In this document: one piece after another, positions 51,794 through 64,000 of the stretch | Numbering within the stretch: the stretch's first letter is position 1 | Layout of the letters: each line of letters begins with the position of its first letter | Source: Callorhinchus milii | Taxonomy: Eukaryota | Direction: 5' to 3' | Assembly: GCF_018977255.1 (NCBI RefSeq) | Contig: NW_024704743.1 | Span: 39,062,001-39,126,000, forward strand | DNA: 64,000 nucleotides | Notes under the pieces: generated by a model | What the model was told of the DNA's origin: nothing | The model's input: the letters and a program-made list of their open reading frames with translations, nothing else | Database searches by the model: none | Program-made: the position numbers and the translations under genes

Positions 51794-54700
51794 CTGTGGA
51801 AAAAAACAGAGCACAAGGATAAGAAAACTATCAAGCCAATCTATAATTTTTTTTTCTAAAATGGAGCCTACTTCAAAAAAAATTTGTGTTCAATAAATGG
51901 AAGTAGAGAGCCCGATAGTCGCAATAATCGTGTCCAGACCCATTGTGGATATGGAATCAGGTTAATAGTCAAAGTTCAATGCACTTTGCTGCCATCATTC
52001 TTTAATCGAAGCAAACGTATTTGTGTACACATGCAATACTCTATAATAGAGTAAAAATACAAAGAGTACCGTAAAATAAGTGGACTTAATAACAAAAGAA
52101 TGAAATATTATTAAGACTATATGACTATACATACTATAAACAAGATTTGAACATTGTTACTGCAGGTAAGACTAAACAACAGTCCACCAAATTTACTTTT
52201 ACTCAATCATCCTGCTACCCGATTGCTTATGTATACACCCAACAAAAACCTTTTTGCGTGCTCAGGATATGCACATACTCAATATAAGACATGGCATGAA
52301 AACTTGGGCATTATAAGAAAACTTAACACAGAAATGGTTTACAAGCCTGATTTTGAAAACTGCTGATTTTGCCTTCCAAAATAATTTCAAGTTGACACTA
52401 TTTCAGGTTAGCATTTCACTGGATAACACTTACAACAACAACTTGTATTTATGTAGTGCCCCTCTTGCAGGGTAATGTCCCAGAGCGCTTGAAAGGAATG
52501 TGATAAATCATATGCCATTATCAGGCACTCTACTGTATTCTGAATATAGTAAAATAGTGCATTGGTTTTCCTATCTTATGATAGATGGTGCTATGCCTCT
52601 GGGGTGCAACATGGTGCCATACAGATCATGAGGCTCTCACATTCAATCTCTGGTCTGTACTGAGTGAGCTAATGTCAGCCAAATCAGTGTTAATGGTCTT
52701 GATGTCCTCATTCTATCTAAAGCAGAAAGTACAAGTAATGTTCTGTCACTATCCAATTACTTCTGGCAAAAGGGGACAAGGGAAGCTCAGCTATAACTAC
52801 CAATGCTCATCGTCCGACTCAAAAATGAAGAATAAAAACATGAAGTATAATCTAATTGGCCAAGTATGGGAGGCTTGTCCATGGAACCAAGAACATGTTT
52901 ACTAGGTATGGAGGTTCCTTTTGGTGTGGTGTGGTGTTCTCACTTAAGGGATTCTGTAAATTTTAAGAATGGTTTTACTGGGTATCAATTAGCCTGCGAA
53001 CAATGTGATAGTCAAGCGGTATACTAAACCACAGATGCTTTCTGCAGACTGAAGGTTTAGTGTAGAAAAACATTGTATGCAACACAACCACTTAAGACAC
53101 AATGGGCAGAGGTGTCCTTGTTTGGTTTCCTAGTCACAGGACTCTATGGCAAACAGAATATACTGACAAAAAAAATGTGTAAACTAAAAAGGTCAGTGAA
53201 TACACAGATCCAAAACTTGCACCTGCTCATCTTATTCAGGGAATTGACTGTTATCACAAGTAACAGCTGTCTTGGATTCCTGTATTTTCATATAAAACAC
53301 ACTCTGACCATTAACGGAACAAAGCTGTCATTACCTGTAAATTACAGCGATAACAAAGCTTAGTTTCAAATTTAAAGCCTTGTCGCTGGCTCAAATTCTA
53401 GCCCTGATTGAGTATCTCTGGCCCACTTCTGGTTCTGAACACACGTAAGCAAGTGCCCAGAGATTTTAGTTAACACTACACCATGAATGTTCTATAACCC
53501 ACTCACAGAAAGATGATTTTCACAGTGTAAACTATGACACTAAAATGCTGCAATGTGGACAGATATGAAAAAACATGGTCAATTTGTATCACCCTTTTCC
53601 CCAGGTAAGCTTGCATTATTGTAAGCACAGTGCTAGAATGTAAAATTAATTATGTTGGGGGAGGAGGGAATTCTTTGTATGGAAACTAGAGAAAGTGCAC
53701 ACTTTGTTTATGTGCAATGCCAAGCAAGTCACGTGTTCGAATCTCTATCTGCGCTGAGATGTCGGGTCTCAGTTGGAGCTGGAGTTAGAGAGCTACAGTT
53801 GACATCAGTGATTCGTGAGCTGCCGAGGGGGAGGGGGCTGAAACCTCATGATAACATGCTCCATTATGTCCAATATCTCAAAGATCATGGTATAAGCGAA
53901 GCAGGAAAAAGGGCCTTTTTGAAGTGACATCAGTATCCTGCGCATATGCAGAGTGTAATTAATGGCCCTTTCATAATGGGGGGAGCTGGTTAATGAGCAT
54001 TGGAAAGTGGATGTATAATGCTTCTGGTTTGAACAGTCCTAGGATACTATATAAGTGAGACTGTGCTATGGGTGGGAGCGAGGGTATTATAACCAGAATG
54101 CCCTGTATATACCAGAAATAGTCTCCAAAACGGTGCCAGAACTAAGCAATAATTCAGAAATAATAGGGTACAATTTGTAGTATTCGAAGATTTTATGCCA
54201 GATTTTGTCACAAAGGTCCTTTTATGCAGCTGCTGTGAATAACTGGTAAATTTAACAGTAAGTGTAAGTATCAGACAGACAGTGAAGCAGAAATGATCCT
54301 AGCTGGCTGATTGGATGCTGACATTTAAAATCAAACATAACCTATGATCACGTATCATAAAGTCAAGTTGGAGCTTGGTTGGCAGTTTAGTCATTGCTGC
54401 AGTTTAGTATGAATGTACATTGAGAAAACAAACTTGTTAGCATGAAGTGCTTCATAGAATCAGGTTACAATATTTAACTCAAATGTATCATTAAGTTAAA
54501 TACCGCACTGCTGATTGCTACTGAATATTGAATGATGTGCCCTCATTCCAGCATAACAGAAGGAATCAGTCTAAAATTAAGAGTGAATTGCTACAAGATC
54601 CAAACAAAGATTGTAACAGTGTCTTAAAATACATAACATAAAATATTCTTACGTTTAGTTTTTCTTTAAAAAAAGCCTCTAAATAACATGCTGAACTTGC

Positions 54701-57700
54701 TGAAAAGGATCAGTAATCATGAGTTTGTAACTCACAGAACTTGGATCTGAACAATGCCTAAATGTTCGGTTAGTTAAGAGTATTGGAGCTGGATCAGAAT
54801 GTCTGCTGAAGTCATTCTGTAGTTCATGAAGTAGCCAACCTGATCACAAGCCATAACTCCTAAATGCTATGTAGATCCATCATTAAACAAAGAAAGCGGC
54901 TTATTTCATGTAGAGTCTGTGTAAAATAACACACCAAAGGAAACAACGGAAACTGGGAAGCAAAGCGCCAAATAATTTTTGAGCACAGCAGATTTACCTT
55001 TTCTGTAAACTCATTGCACTTGGTAATTTTCAATGCTGTGATCAGATATTATTTTGCTAACAAAGGACGCAGACTACAAAGCGCAACACTAATTCTGGCA
55101 AAATAATATAATTTATGCAGTTTTTTAAAAACATTGAACTTTAAATGCTTTTTCCCTCTTAAACTGAGTTCATAGTAGACTATTTAATTCAAAAGTTAAT
55201 GTACTTCAGAACTACTCACTTCAGTGGAAGCCAAATGGCAGCCCCTGAGGAAGGAAGGGAGGGAGGTGGAGAACACTGTATATTGGGAGGAGTATAGCCT
55301 GAGGCTATCCTCTTGAACCTTTGTGCAGCCATAAAACTTCCTAAGCCATAAAACTTCCCTTTTCAGCAGCAGAGACTTAGGGTTATGTACAAATACAAGC
55401 ATACATTAAAAGAGGGAACACCACCTCAATAAAAGGACAAACTAATAGGATGTCTATAATAGATATTAATGAGAACTAATTGTTGGCACACACTGATCTG
55501 TGAAGCTTCTTTACACAGTACGATGGGAGAATTGCTCTCAGCAGACTTTCTTATGCAATTTACAGATGCCCAGAACAGAAAGGCCAGGGGTGGGGAACAC
55601 GACAACGGAGCCTTTCCATTCATTTAAGCACGCAACAAATTGAATCATTTTCTTTTACAGAAACATTTGCGCTCATCAAGAGGTAGGTCTGGGGAATACA
55701 AGCATTAAAAAGCATCGATATATGAAACGGCCATTTGGCCCACAGGTCCACTCATTTTACAGTCCACACAAAACCATTGAATGCGGTTCATAATGCAGTG
55801 ATTTTTTAAAAAAATGAACAAGCACACAAACAACATAATTAATACAATGGAACAATGTCTGATAACTCCCTGTATCACTTGAAGGAATATTCCTGATTCT
55901 AAAGGTGATCAAGGGATAACTGCAGAATACAGCATGCAACCAATCATGAATTTCCTTTCGTGAATCTTAGCTTTCTTTCTTTTATAATATTTTCTTCCCT
56001 CTAATTCCTACTTCATCAGCACAGAAAACAAGATGGCTCTATTGGACCATTGATTAATTTTAAGCACTGAAAATGGGCAACAAAGCACACTTTGGATAGA
56101 TATAGCAGCATGAGGAACACTAAAGCAGCTACAGAAAGACCTTTGACCCAATATACTTTATGCTCAGGCCCTCTGCTACGCCCTCAACATCAGGTCATGT
56201 TTCAATGTTATCTTTGTCTGAAAGACCATTTTTGTCTTAAAATTTTAATTTGTGGAAAATTCTTAAAACTCAGCCTTAATTTTTAAAAAACTATGGAAAA
56301 CACAAATTAAGATTGGATTTAAAAAAAATTCCACAACTCTGCACAATAATAAATTTAAAAAAGATGTCTTACATGCTAAGACTAGGTGAAATTTCAGGCC
56401 TGGAACAGAAAAACAAGTGTTTAAAGTGTTACAGGCTACATCTAAGTTGAATGTCAGGCTTTGATGTCTCCCAATATCTCCTGCTCTACCAGTGTGACAT
56501 TTTTCATTTCCCAAGCCAGCCATCCTGTAGTCTCTGACTGAGAGTACTAATTTACTGTCAAATTGAATTATGAGTTGTTGTTCTCCTATGGGTCCTAAGA
56601 TCAGCAAGAATTGGGTTAGAAACACCCCATCCTATTTCACAAAGGACCTTACACATGATAGCGAGAGATTTACAGCTCATCAGTCTGGGCCAGATTCTGA
56701 TCCGGATACCAGAAGTAAAAAGTACGACATGCCATCCATTTGATAACAAAGTCATAGGTTGCACTGTAATTCTGTACAAGCACTCCTTGGGTGAGCATAA
56801 CAGGATCCAGACCAGTAAAGCTTCCACTGAAATCTATGACAACAACAACAAATTGCATTTATATAGTGCCTTTCACGTCGGAAGGACATCCCAGGCGCAG
56901 GACAGTTGAGGGTTTGCACCCGAGCTGTGGGAACAGTAAGAGGCCATGGTCAAGTAGGAGTCCATTTAACTCATTAAACTGTACTTTCATACTCTTTACT
57001 ATGTACACAACATCAGGCCCCAAATTCCTTCTACCGTTTGCCTGTAAGACAACAACAACAACTTGCATTTATATAGCATCCTCCACGCAGGGTAGTGGCT
57101 CAGAGCGCTTAGACCATTCCTCTTAAGATCTAAAATTCTGCATAACTGTGGAAAATTCATAAATTCAATCTTAGTTTGTAAATGACATTTGTAAGATACG
57201 ATATTCTAATCCTTGAAGAATGCACTGTAATGTTTTTACATTTTTTGAAAAAAAACATCATCTACGTTGCCTAAATGCTAGTTAACCAATCACTTTGCAT
57301 TGAGATTCAAATGCTTGTACAAATCCAGTGAAGGATCAAAGTCCATCAAATTCTGATTCACTCTACCTTGCACCGAATAACAGCTGCAAGCTAACCTTGA
57401 GCTTTTGCCAGCTACTATCAGAGAGCTAGTGAAAGAATGACATACAGGGCATAAACTGGCTGTGATGCATTGGGGGACAAAGGTTTTTACAAATGCAATT
57501 CATACTGATGTTTCCTAGTCAGTTTCAGGACAGGAAACCTTGATGTCCTGTGTGAGCCTGTGCTGTCCTTTAAGCTCTGCATCCAAGCTCTTTCTTTTCA
57601 AATAGTCATTACCTTCCTTCCTCAGCTCCCCCATCCCCCAGCTTGGCCTCCCAGGCAGTTCTGTGAAGTGCTAACATGAAAGGCACTATGTAAATATGAA

Positions 57701-57929
57701 ATTGTTGATTTTAGAAATGTTTTAAAGCCTGATTTTCAATAAAAGGATGGTTATCAGGGAAAACTGTAGCTTCATTAAAATAACTCGAACAGCTATACAA
57801 CTAGGCAACCCAGAACAGCAGAATTCTTCCAGTTAGAACCATGTAATTCCTGATCTTAAACCTGTCAGACATGTTTATATTAAACCCAAGCCCAAAGTTC
57901 ATCTCAATTACAAACAATGGATGTAATAT

Positions 57930-58140
57930 ACAACAACAACAACTTGCATTCATATAGCATCCTTCATATCACTTGTCAAAGCGCTTTACAGTGATAGGGT
58001 CGAATTCCAAACAGAGGAGAGGGTGGGAGATGGAGGAGAACATAGGCGCAGTCATAGAGGTAGGTGTTAAGGCAGAATGTAAAGACAGATAGAGAGGGGG
58101 TGAGACAGAGTAGTTGAGGAAGGGAGTTCCACAGGTAAGG
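57930..58140 (-). mobile_element. Degraded L2 3' end
   Basis: caacaacaacaacttgcattcatatagc tail followed by purine-rich L2 antisense sequence. Confidence 0.65.
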
Positions 58141-61100
58141 GAGCAGAATCCGATTCTCAATACAGTGATTCTCAACGGATTTCTGAACATAAAATCAAGC
58201 ACCTAACCATATGTGTGTTTCTCTGACCTGCTGGAACCTATGATAATAATCATTACATTTGATATGGTGCCTTTTCACGTTGGGAGGTTGTTTCAATGTG
58301 CTTCACTGGATACACTGTACAGTTTTTGTGGGTGAATCTGAGAATTCCCTTTGCCTGCCACCGGGCTTCAAAGATGTCAGGATTTACATTGCTGTGCTAG
58401 GGGAATTCCAGAAGGTTAGACTGAGACAAGATAAGGAGAGGGGGCTTCTCAGGGTTGATTGTAATGCACAGAAGAGCAATAAGACTAATCCTTAATAATC
58501 AACACGAGAGAGAATTAACATATCATCTCCCAATTTACATCCCCGTATCACAATTAACGTTTTATTATTTTTACCTTAAAACTTAATGTAGGCTTCCCAA
58601 TGACTTGAGTAACGGCTCTATGGAAGGGAAGAAATAAGGTTTCAAGCACCAAATAAACATTGGATTTGTTGCTAACTCTTAATAGTTTTTTTTATTTTTT
58701 TTAGTAGGGAAAATTTCCAGCAGAAAACGATTTCATGTTTTTCATTATTGTAGCCAGCCTTACTGGTCCAATAATAATATGAAACTAAGTTTTTTTTCCT
58801 TTGGACTTTTTCTTGGTTTTAAAGGATAAAAGTCTAAAGAGATTTTAAATCCTCCATGTCTGTTCTTTCCATAATGAATAAGAAAAAACATGTAGGATTC
58901 AAGGTTTGATGCAAAATGATGAACACAATAGGTCTGGCTGTACTGCAGGCTCTTAAATAATATTTAATGGTTTTGCCACAGGGAGTTATCAGCAGTAGCG
59001 GACATTTGCATAACAGACATTTCCCAATTTACATTTTGCTACAGCCTGGTGGTGGAAGGGAGGGGGTTAATATTCATTTGTTACATCTCATGATGACAAG
59101 CCCCCTTCCCCAATACTGGTATTCACTTCCGTTAACAGTTGTTGGAATAATGAGTATGGCTGCATTTTCATGAATGAAGTATATTGGTCTACATTTTTAA
59201 AAAATGCAATGATCTAAATAGAATAACATTTGTTAACATAGAAAAAAGCCATTTGACCCATCATGTTCTATATTCCCTTCATAATTCCCCTTTTCAGAAG
59301 TTCATCTAATTCCTATTTAAAAGCTATTATAGATTTTGCTTCAATCACCCATTTTGGCAGGAATTATAATGTGTTTTCAGTTGCTCTGAAGAAAACCAGG
59401 ACTAAAATATGTTCTGTTTCCTTTGCAACCCCTTCTCCCTTTCCAACAACTACATATAGAAGAACCATTCCATTCAAAAAACAAACTAAACAAATCGAAG
59501 CAGGCTCAAGGCTCATGCTATGCACAACTTGAGGACATGCCTCTCCATCAAGATCAAGCCATCATTAGGCTTTCCACTTTAATCTCCGTACAATTAAACC
59601 TTTCCCTAAAGCTATGTGATCATCCTAACCTCTTGGATTTCCAATTGTGGAGTAATGGCCAACTCTGGGATTGTTTTAGAAGACTGTATGACATGATTCC
59701 AAAATGCATTCCCAGGAGAAGAAGGCGAAGACAGGCAGCAGGAAACAGAACAGTTGCACATGCCAGCATTTTCCCTTCTGATGCCTTCCGTCTTGACAAT
59801 GATCTCCTAGTGTGAAGAACCCTCGTGCTATGAAACCATATGGGATTGTGGGCCCAAAGATAGTTGTCTTTCCAGACACCAAGCACAAGTAGTGCCAAAA
59901 ACAACTATTTCTGCGAAAAAGAGCAGCCAGTAGGATGGTGTTTGTTGTAGAATAGAGCAGCAACTGACTTCTGCCTTTTACAAACACAGAAAATGCACAA
60001 CAGGTCAAACAGCATTTGAAAGAAAAGACAGATCAAAGTTTTCAACATGGATTGCAGAGGCTCCATAATAGGATACAGCAGGGAAAGTCTGACAGAAAGA
60101 ACAACAAACACATTGGGAAGATGTTAAAAAATGAAAACCACTGAATATATATTCACACATATGGTCTAACTCTTCCTTCAGTCCAAAAATACTTTTTTTT
60201 TCTTGCCAGAAGCAATTTCCTTTCCAAAATGAAAAGAATTTAGTCATAAGAGAAGCAGAATTCTAATTTAACATCAATCACATTACAGTACTTCACTTCT
60301 GAAATTGTTTTTCATGTACAGAACACAGGCTTCGCCTCAATATTTATTTGATCCCAGTATTCTTTCAGTGCTGCTTCTTTGAAATAACTGATGGAGAGGA
60401 AAACTCTGCCCAAAGGTAAATCATTTAGAAACTTAAATGAATGAAAGAATACTTGGCAAATGAACAGAAGCTGCAACCTTGCAAAAGACAGGGGTAATTT
60501 ATAAAGAGAATTATTGTGTCGATCTATAGAAAAAAGTAGTAAAGAACCCAATGGGGGAAACCTCAATAACCTCAATCAATCCGAGTGGTCCCAAACTGCA
60601 GAAGGAGAGGAGCTCCCAAGATGCCGTTTCAACAATTAGTTTAAAAACACAAGCTTAAAATTCTGTTTATTTATAAAAAGAGCATAGGAAGCTCCATCCA
60701 TTTCACTGGAAATCACAATTTAAAAATACCAGGTACAAGACTGAATAAAGTAAACCCACGTATCCAGGAATAGCACATTTCTCATTACAGGGTCACCTAG
60801 TGTGCAGGGATTTTACAAATACTGTAACAGTTACCATTGAAATTGGTCATTGGTACAGTGTTCAAGAGAAGGTGGCAGTAATTATGGAATAAGTCCTTTT
60901 TGGTGTTTAGGTGGCATCTGCTGTGCGCTGTGTTCAAAGTAATATTTTCTGGATGAACCCTGAATAATGCATAGATCTGATCATCACCTGCCTCAGGGGA
61001 TTCCAGTCAGCTAACACTGCTGAAAGAAGAGTGGGGGATTTGGGTTCACCTTATAAAGATGGGGAGGGGGAAGGTTGGAGTGACTTATTTAGATAAGGGA

Positions 61101-64000
61101 GATGAAAATGCCAGACAAAGCCATGTTCTATCCTCAGGAATAAGACTCATACGCCATGTGCTCCAACAATTCTTATGCAGTGTCTGAGACACTATCCTGC
61201 CTGAAGGGTGCTATATAAATGCAAGCTGTTGTTGTTGCTGCAGTGCTACAACCTGCCAGTGCCGTCCACTCTGGTAGCTCAGGCCTAGTTCACAACCCCA
61301 TTGTTTCCATTTTCTCCCTAAATACCTTTACCCCATTGCCTTACTCTTGGCTTTCAAACCCTGTCTTAAAAACCTACCTCTTTCACAGTGCCTCGGTTAT
61401 CCAACTCCACCCTCCCATCTTCCACCCTGGCAGTCTCAGACACAGAAGGGACAATTGCTGAGCTATAAACTCAGTTTATTTACAGTGTATAGTTTGGACA
61501 AAAGCAACAACAGCTTACAAGACATTTTCCTCACATGAAAGGTGCTATATGAGTGCAAGGTGTTGGGAGTTTTTGTCAAAATTATAAATAAACTGAGGAG
61601 ACTTAATGATAAATGTCATAAATAAGTCAGTTCCTACATGGGTTCAGGTTTCTCCGTGCACCTCCCTCTTAGTTCGGGCCATTTACTTGAGCTAGTCATG
61701 AAGCTGATGCTATTGGTGGCTATCAGAAGCACAATGTCAACTTCAAGGATGCTCACAAAATCCAAGCGCTTGGCTTTGAAAATGTTTACAAGTTTTTCCT
61801 TCTTCAAGTAAGTGCAATGTACTTCCAGTTATCTTGTTCTGTCGCCTCTGTCAACGATTTTCAAGTCTTCAATCAGTCCGGGTGCACCAGCAGTGTTATG
61901 TGTGTCATCACCTCTTTCAGACTATGCTCCCCAGATAAGATTCCACAACTCCCACTCCTGAAATTCTAGATAGTTTTCTTCAAGGACACAACCTTGGGTT
62001 GAAAATGGTGCTATTCAAGCCTTGTTTTCAGAGCTTTCAGCAATGAGGCCCTCATTGGGCCTATGGGCGTGGGGAGGGAAAGGTACATGAGGGCAGGAAC
62101 TGGGCAAAATGAAATGTGTATATGCTCCTTCCTAGTTTAAAGCTGCACAAGAGACACATAAATATTATGGGAAGAGGATATGGAATTTGGTTTAATTAAG
62201 CAATGGAATGTATTTAGGAATGATTTAATTTAACGGGAACAAGTGAGTTGGTGTGTCAAAGGTTGTACTTCTTGTACGATTTAATTAACGGAATCTTTAT
62301 TCTTTGAACAATGCTCCTTCCAACCAATTGCTCACGAGCGCTTGCAAATTAAGATCACAGGGTAAGCACTGCAGCATTTCATAACCTGCACCTTGTCCTA
62401 ACTGAAGTTATTTTAAACACAGCAAATTTTATCCAGAAGCTTCAAAACTAGTTTGTCAACTTAAAATTAGTCCCAGAAGAACTCCTGGCCCAATTGCATG
62501 GCTAATTTAGAAGTTCAAGCCTCATTTCAACTGGGATCAAATAGTTTTTGTACCCAAGATACCAGCTTGTTGTCTGCGCAACTGTTTATTCTATTGCAGC
62601 CCCAGGCTGGTATCTTGAGGAAGAAAAAGAATCTATAGTCTGCGATGGAATAAACAATTCTGCAGACAACAGACACTGCAATTCCCATTTCTAGGGAGGA
62701 GCTCCAAATAACATTCATCCCTAACTAACCGAATTAGAATAAATTCAGAGAACTGCTCTGAACTTGTCCTCGTGCAGTGTACACACTGGATCCTTTCTTT
62801 CCTTTCTGTTTGCCCTAAGGCTACATTGACAATATCGCAGCAAAAGAATTGGAAGTTTTTTTTGTGTCACCAATAGGAAGGGAGTGACTTAAGTAGCTGG
62901 ATTTAATTAAAAAGATATCGTTATCCATGCCTAGTCTGTCCAATTTCTAGTTATGAATCTAAATATGTATTTCCTTATAACCTAGGAATGTTCTTTCTCT
63001 TGTGCAATCTCTGCTTCAGAGATCAGATTCTTATTTTTTGGGATCCAAATTCTCACAAACATACACACACACAATTAGAAGGATTACCAATGTTGTACCA
63101 GTAGCCTATGCTCATGGAAAAATGTGTGGGAAGTTTAAAGACTTCCTTGCATATGCTCAAACACTGGCTTAGACTGCCAACGTTTCAACCATTGCCAATA
63201 TCAGTATACTTGGCTAAGAGTCATTTTGGAAATCATGGAGATGCTACCCCTGCATGAAGGGCGCTATATAAATGTAAGTTGTTGGTGTTGTTGTGATCAA
63301 GGTTACACTAGATGTGGCATAACATTCATTTGCTCACTGTGAACCAGGCAATCACGTGTGGTTGATGTTGATTTTGAGCAAAGTGCTAAACATCACTGGC
63401 AACACACAGAATGGACCAACGTGAGTCACTTATATCACAATATGAAGTGAAAGAATTTGCCAAGTTATGAGATCAAGTGATGAGAAATTGCAGTAAAATC
63501 ATTTGATAATGATTGTGTGGTCTGCGGGAATAAACATCCCTCTCCACTCGACTTTACAACAAAGGCCTGATGTTTTCTGCAGCCATCTCTGTAGTTGCCG
63601 AGCTCAGCACTTCTGTGCCACTTAACTCAGCCTCAGAATTGAGCTAAACTGATTTCCCATGAAGCAGCAACTCCAATAACAGCTGCAAGAGGATTCCAGC
63701 CTACACTTGTGTTGAGGTTCAGGGGTGGGGGGGGTGGAAAGTGAACCCATATCTGAAGCCAGTCATTATTATTGACTAGTAATATAACTAACTAACTATA
63801 TGATATCGCATCACTGGTCACCCTCACATTTTAATTTGCAAACAAATCATATTTTTTTAAATATTATTGAAAATTGATTGCATTAAGGTTTATTTTCAAA
63901 ACCACCCACTGGAATAAATGGCCAGACAACCCAAAGTTAGTGCTGTTCATGAGCAGAAATGTCTGGCCTCAAAGCCCTGCCAAACAATGACAACAACAAC

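Noticed and set aside
59263..60575. Dense cluster of 68-130 aa ORFs on both strands
   Set aside because: No recognisable domain, and the overlapping frames are inconsistent; the start overlaps a CR1-like remnant.
51794..64000. First coding exon or promoter of the myosin-X gene
   Set aside because: No convincing MDNFF-like mini-exon or CpG island was seen; it is probably outside the window.
1..64000. Prokaryotic systems (CRISPR arrays, operons, defence islands)
   Set aside because: The sequence is intron-rich vertebrate DNA with no repeat-spacer arrays or dense coding.

Overview
Vertebrate (eukaryotic) genomic DNA, most likely from a cartilaginous fish such as elephant shark/chimaera; this is inferred only from its repeat families. 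The whole window lies inside a minus-strand unconventional myosin-X family gene (MYO10 or a myo10-like paralogue). Three coding exons with canonical AG/GT splice sites are visible: 51695-51793 (99 nt), 10993-11151 (159 nt) and 798-985 (188 nt). They are separated by introns of about 40.5 kb and 10 kb. The introns are full of tRNA-derived SINEs with (ATT)n tails, 5'-truncated L2 LINE ends, CR1 remnants and ancient Deu-domain SINEs. The most notable object is at 37617-38653: an intronless, 5'-truncated RPAP2 retrocopy joined 7 nt after its stop codon to a full-length SINE. The two are bracketed by a single 8-bp direct repeat (GTCCTAAT) and split an older Deu-SINE. This looks like a chimeric mRNA-SINE retrotransposition event that used the SINE's L2-type tail. 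Almost all other ORFs in the supplied track are spurious or repeat-derived. Protein and repeat names come from recalled sequences, not database searches, and repeat boundaries are approximate.
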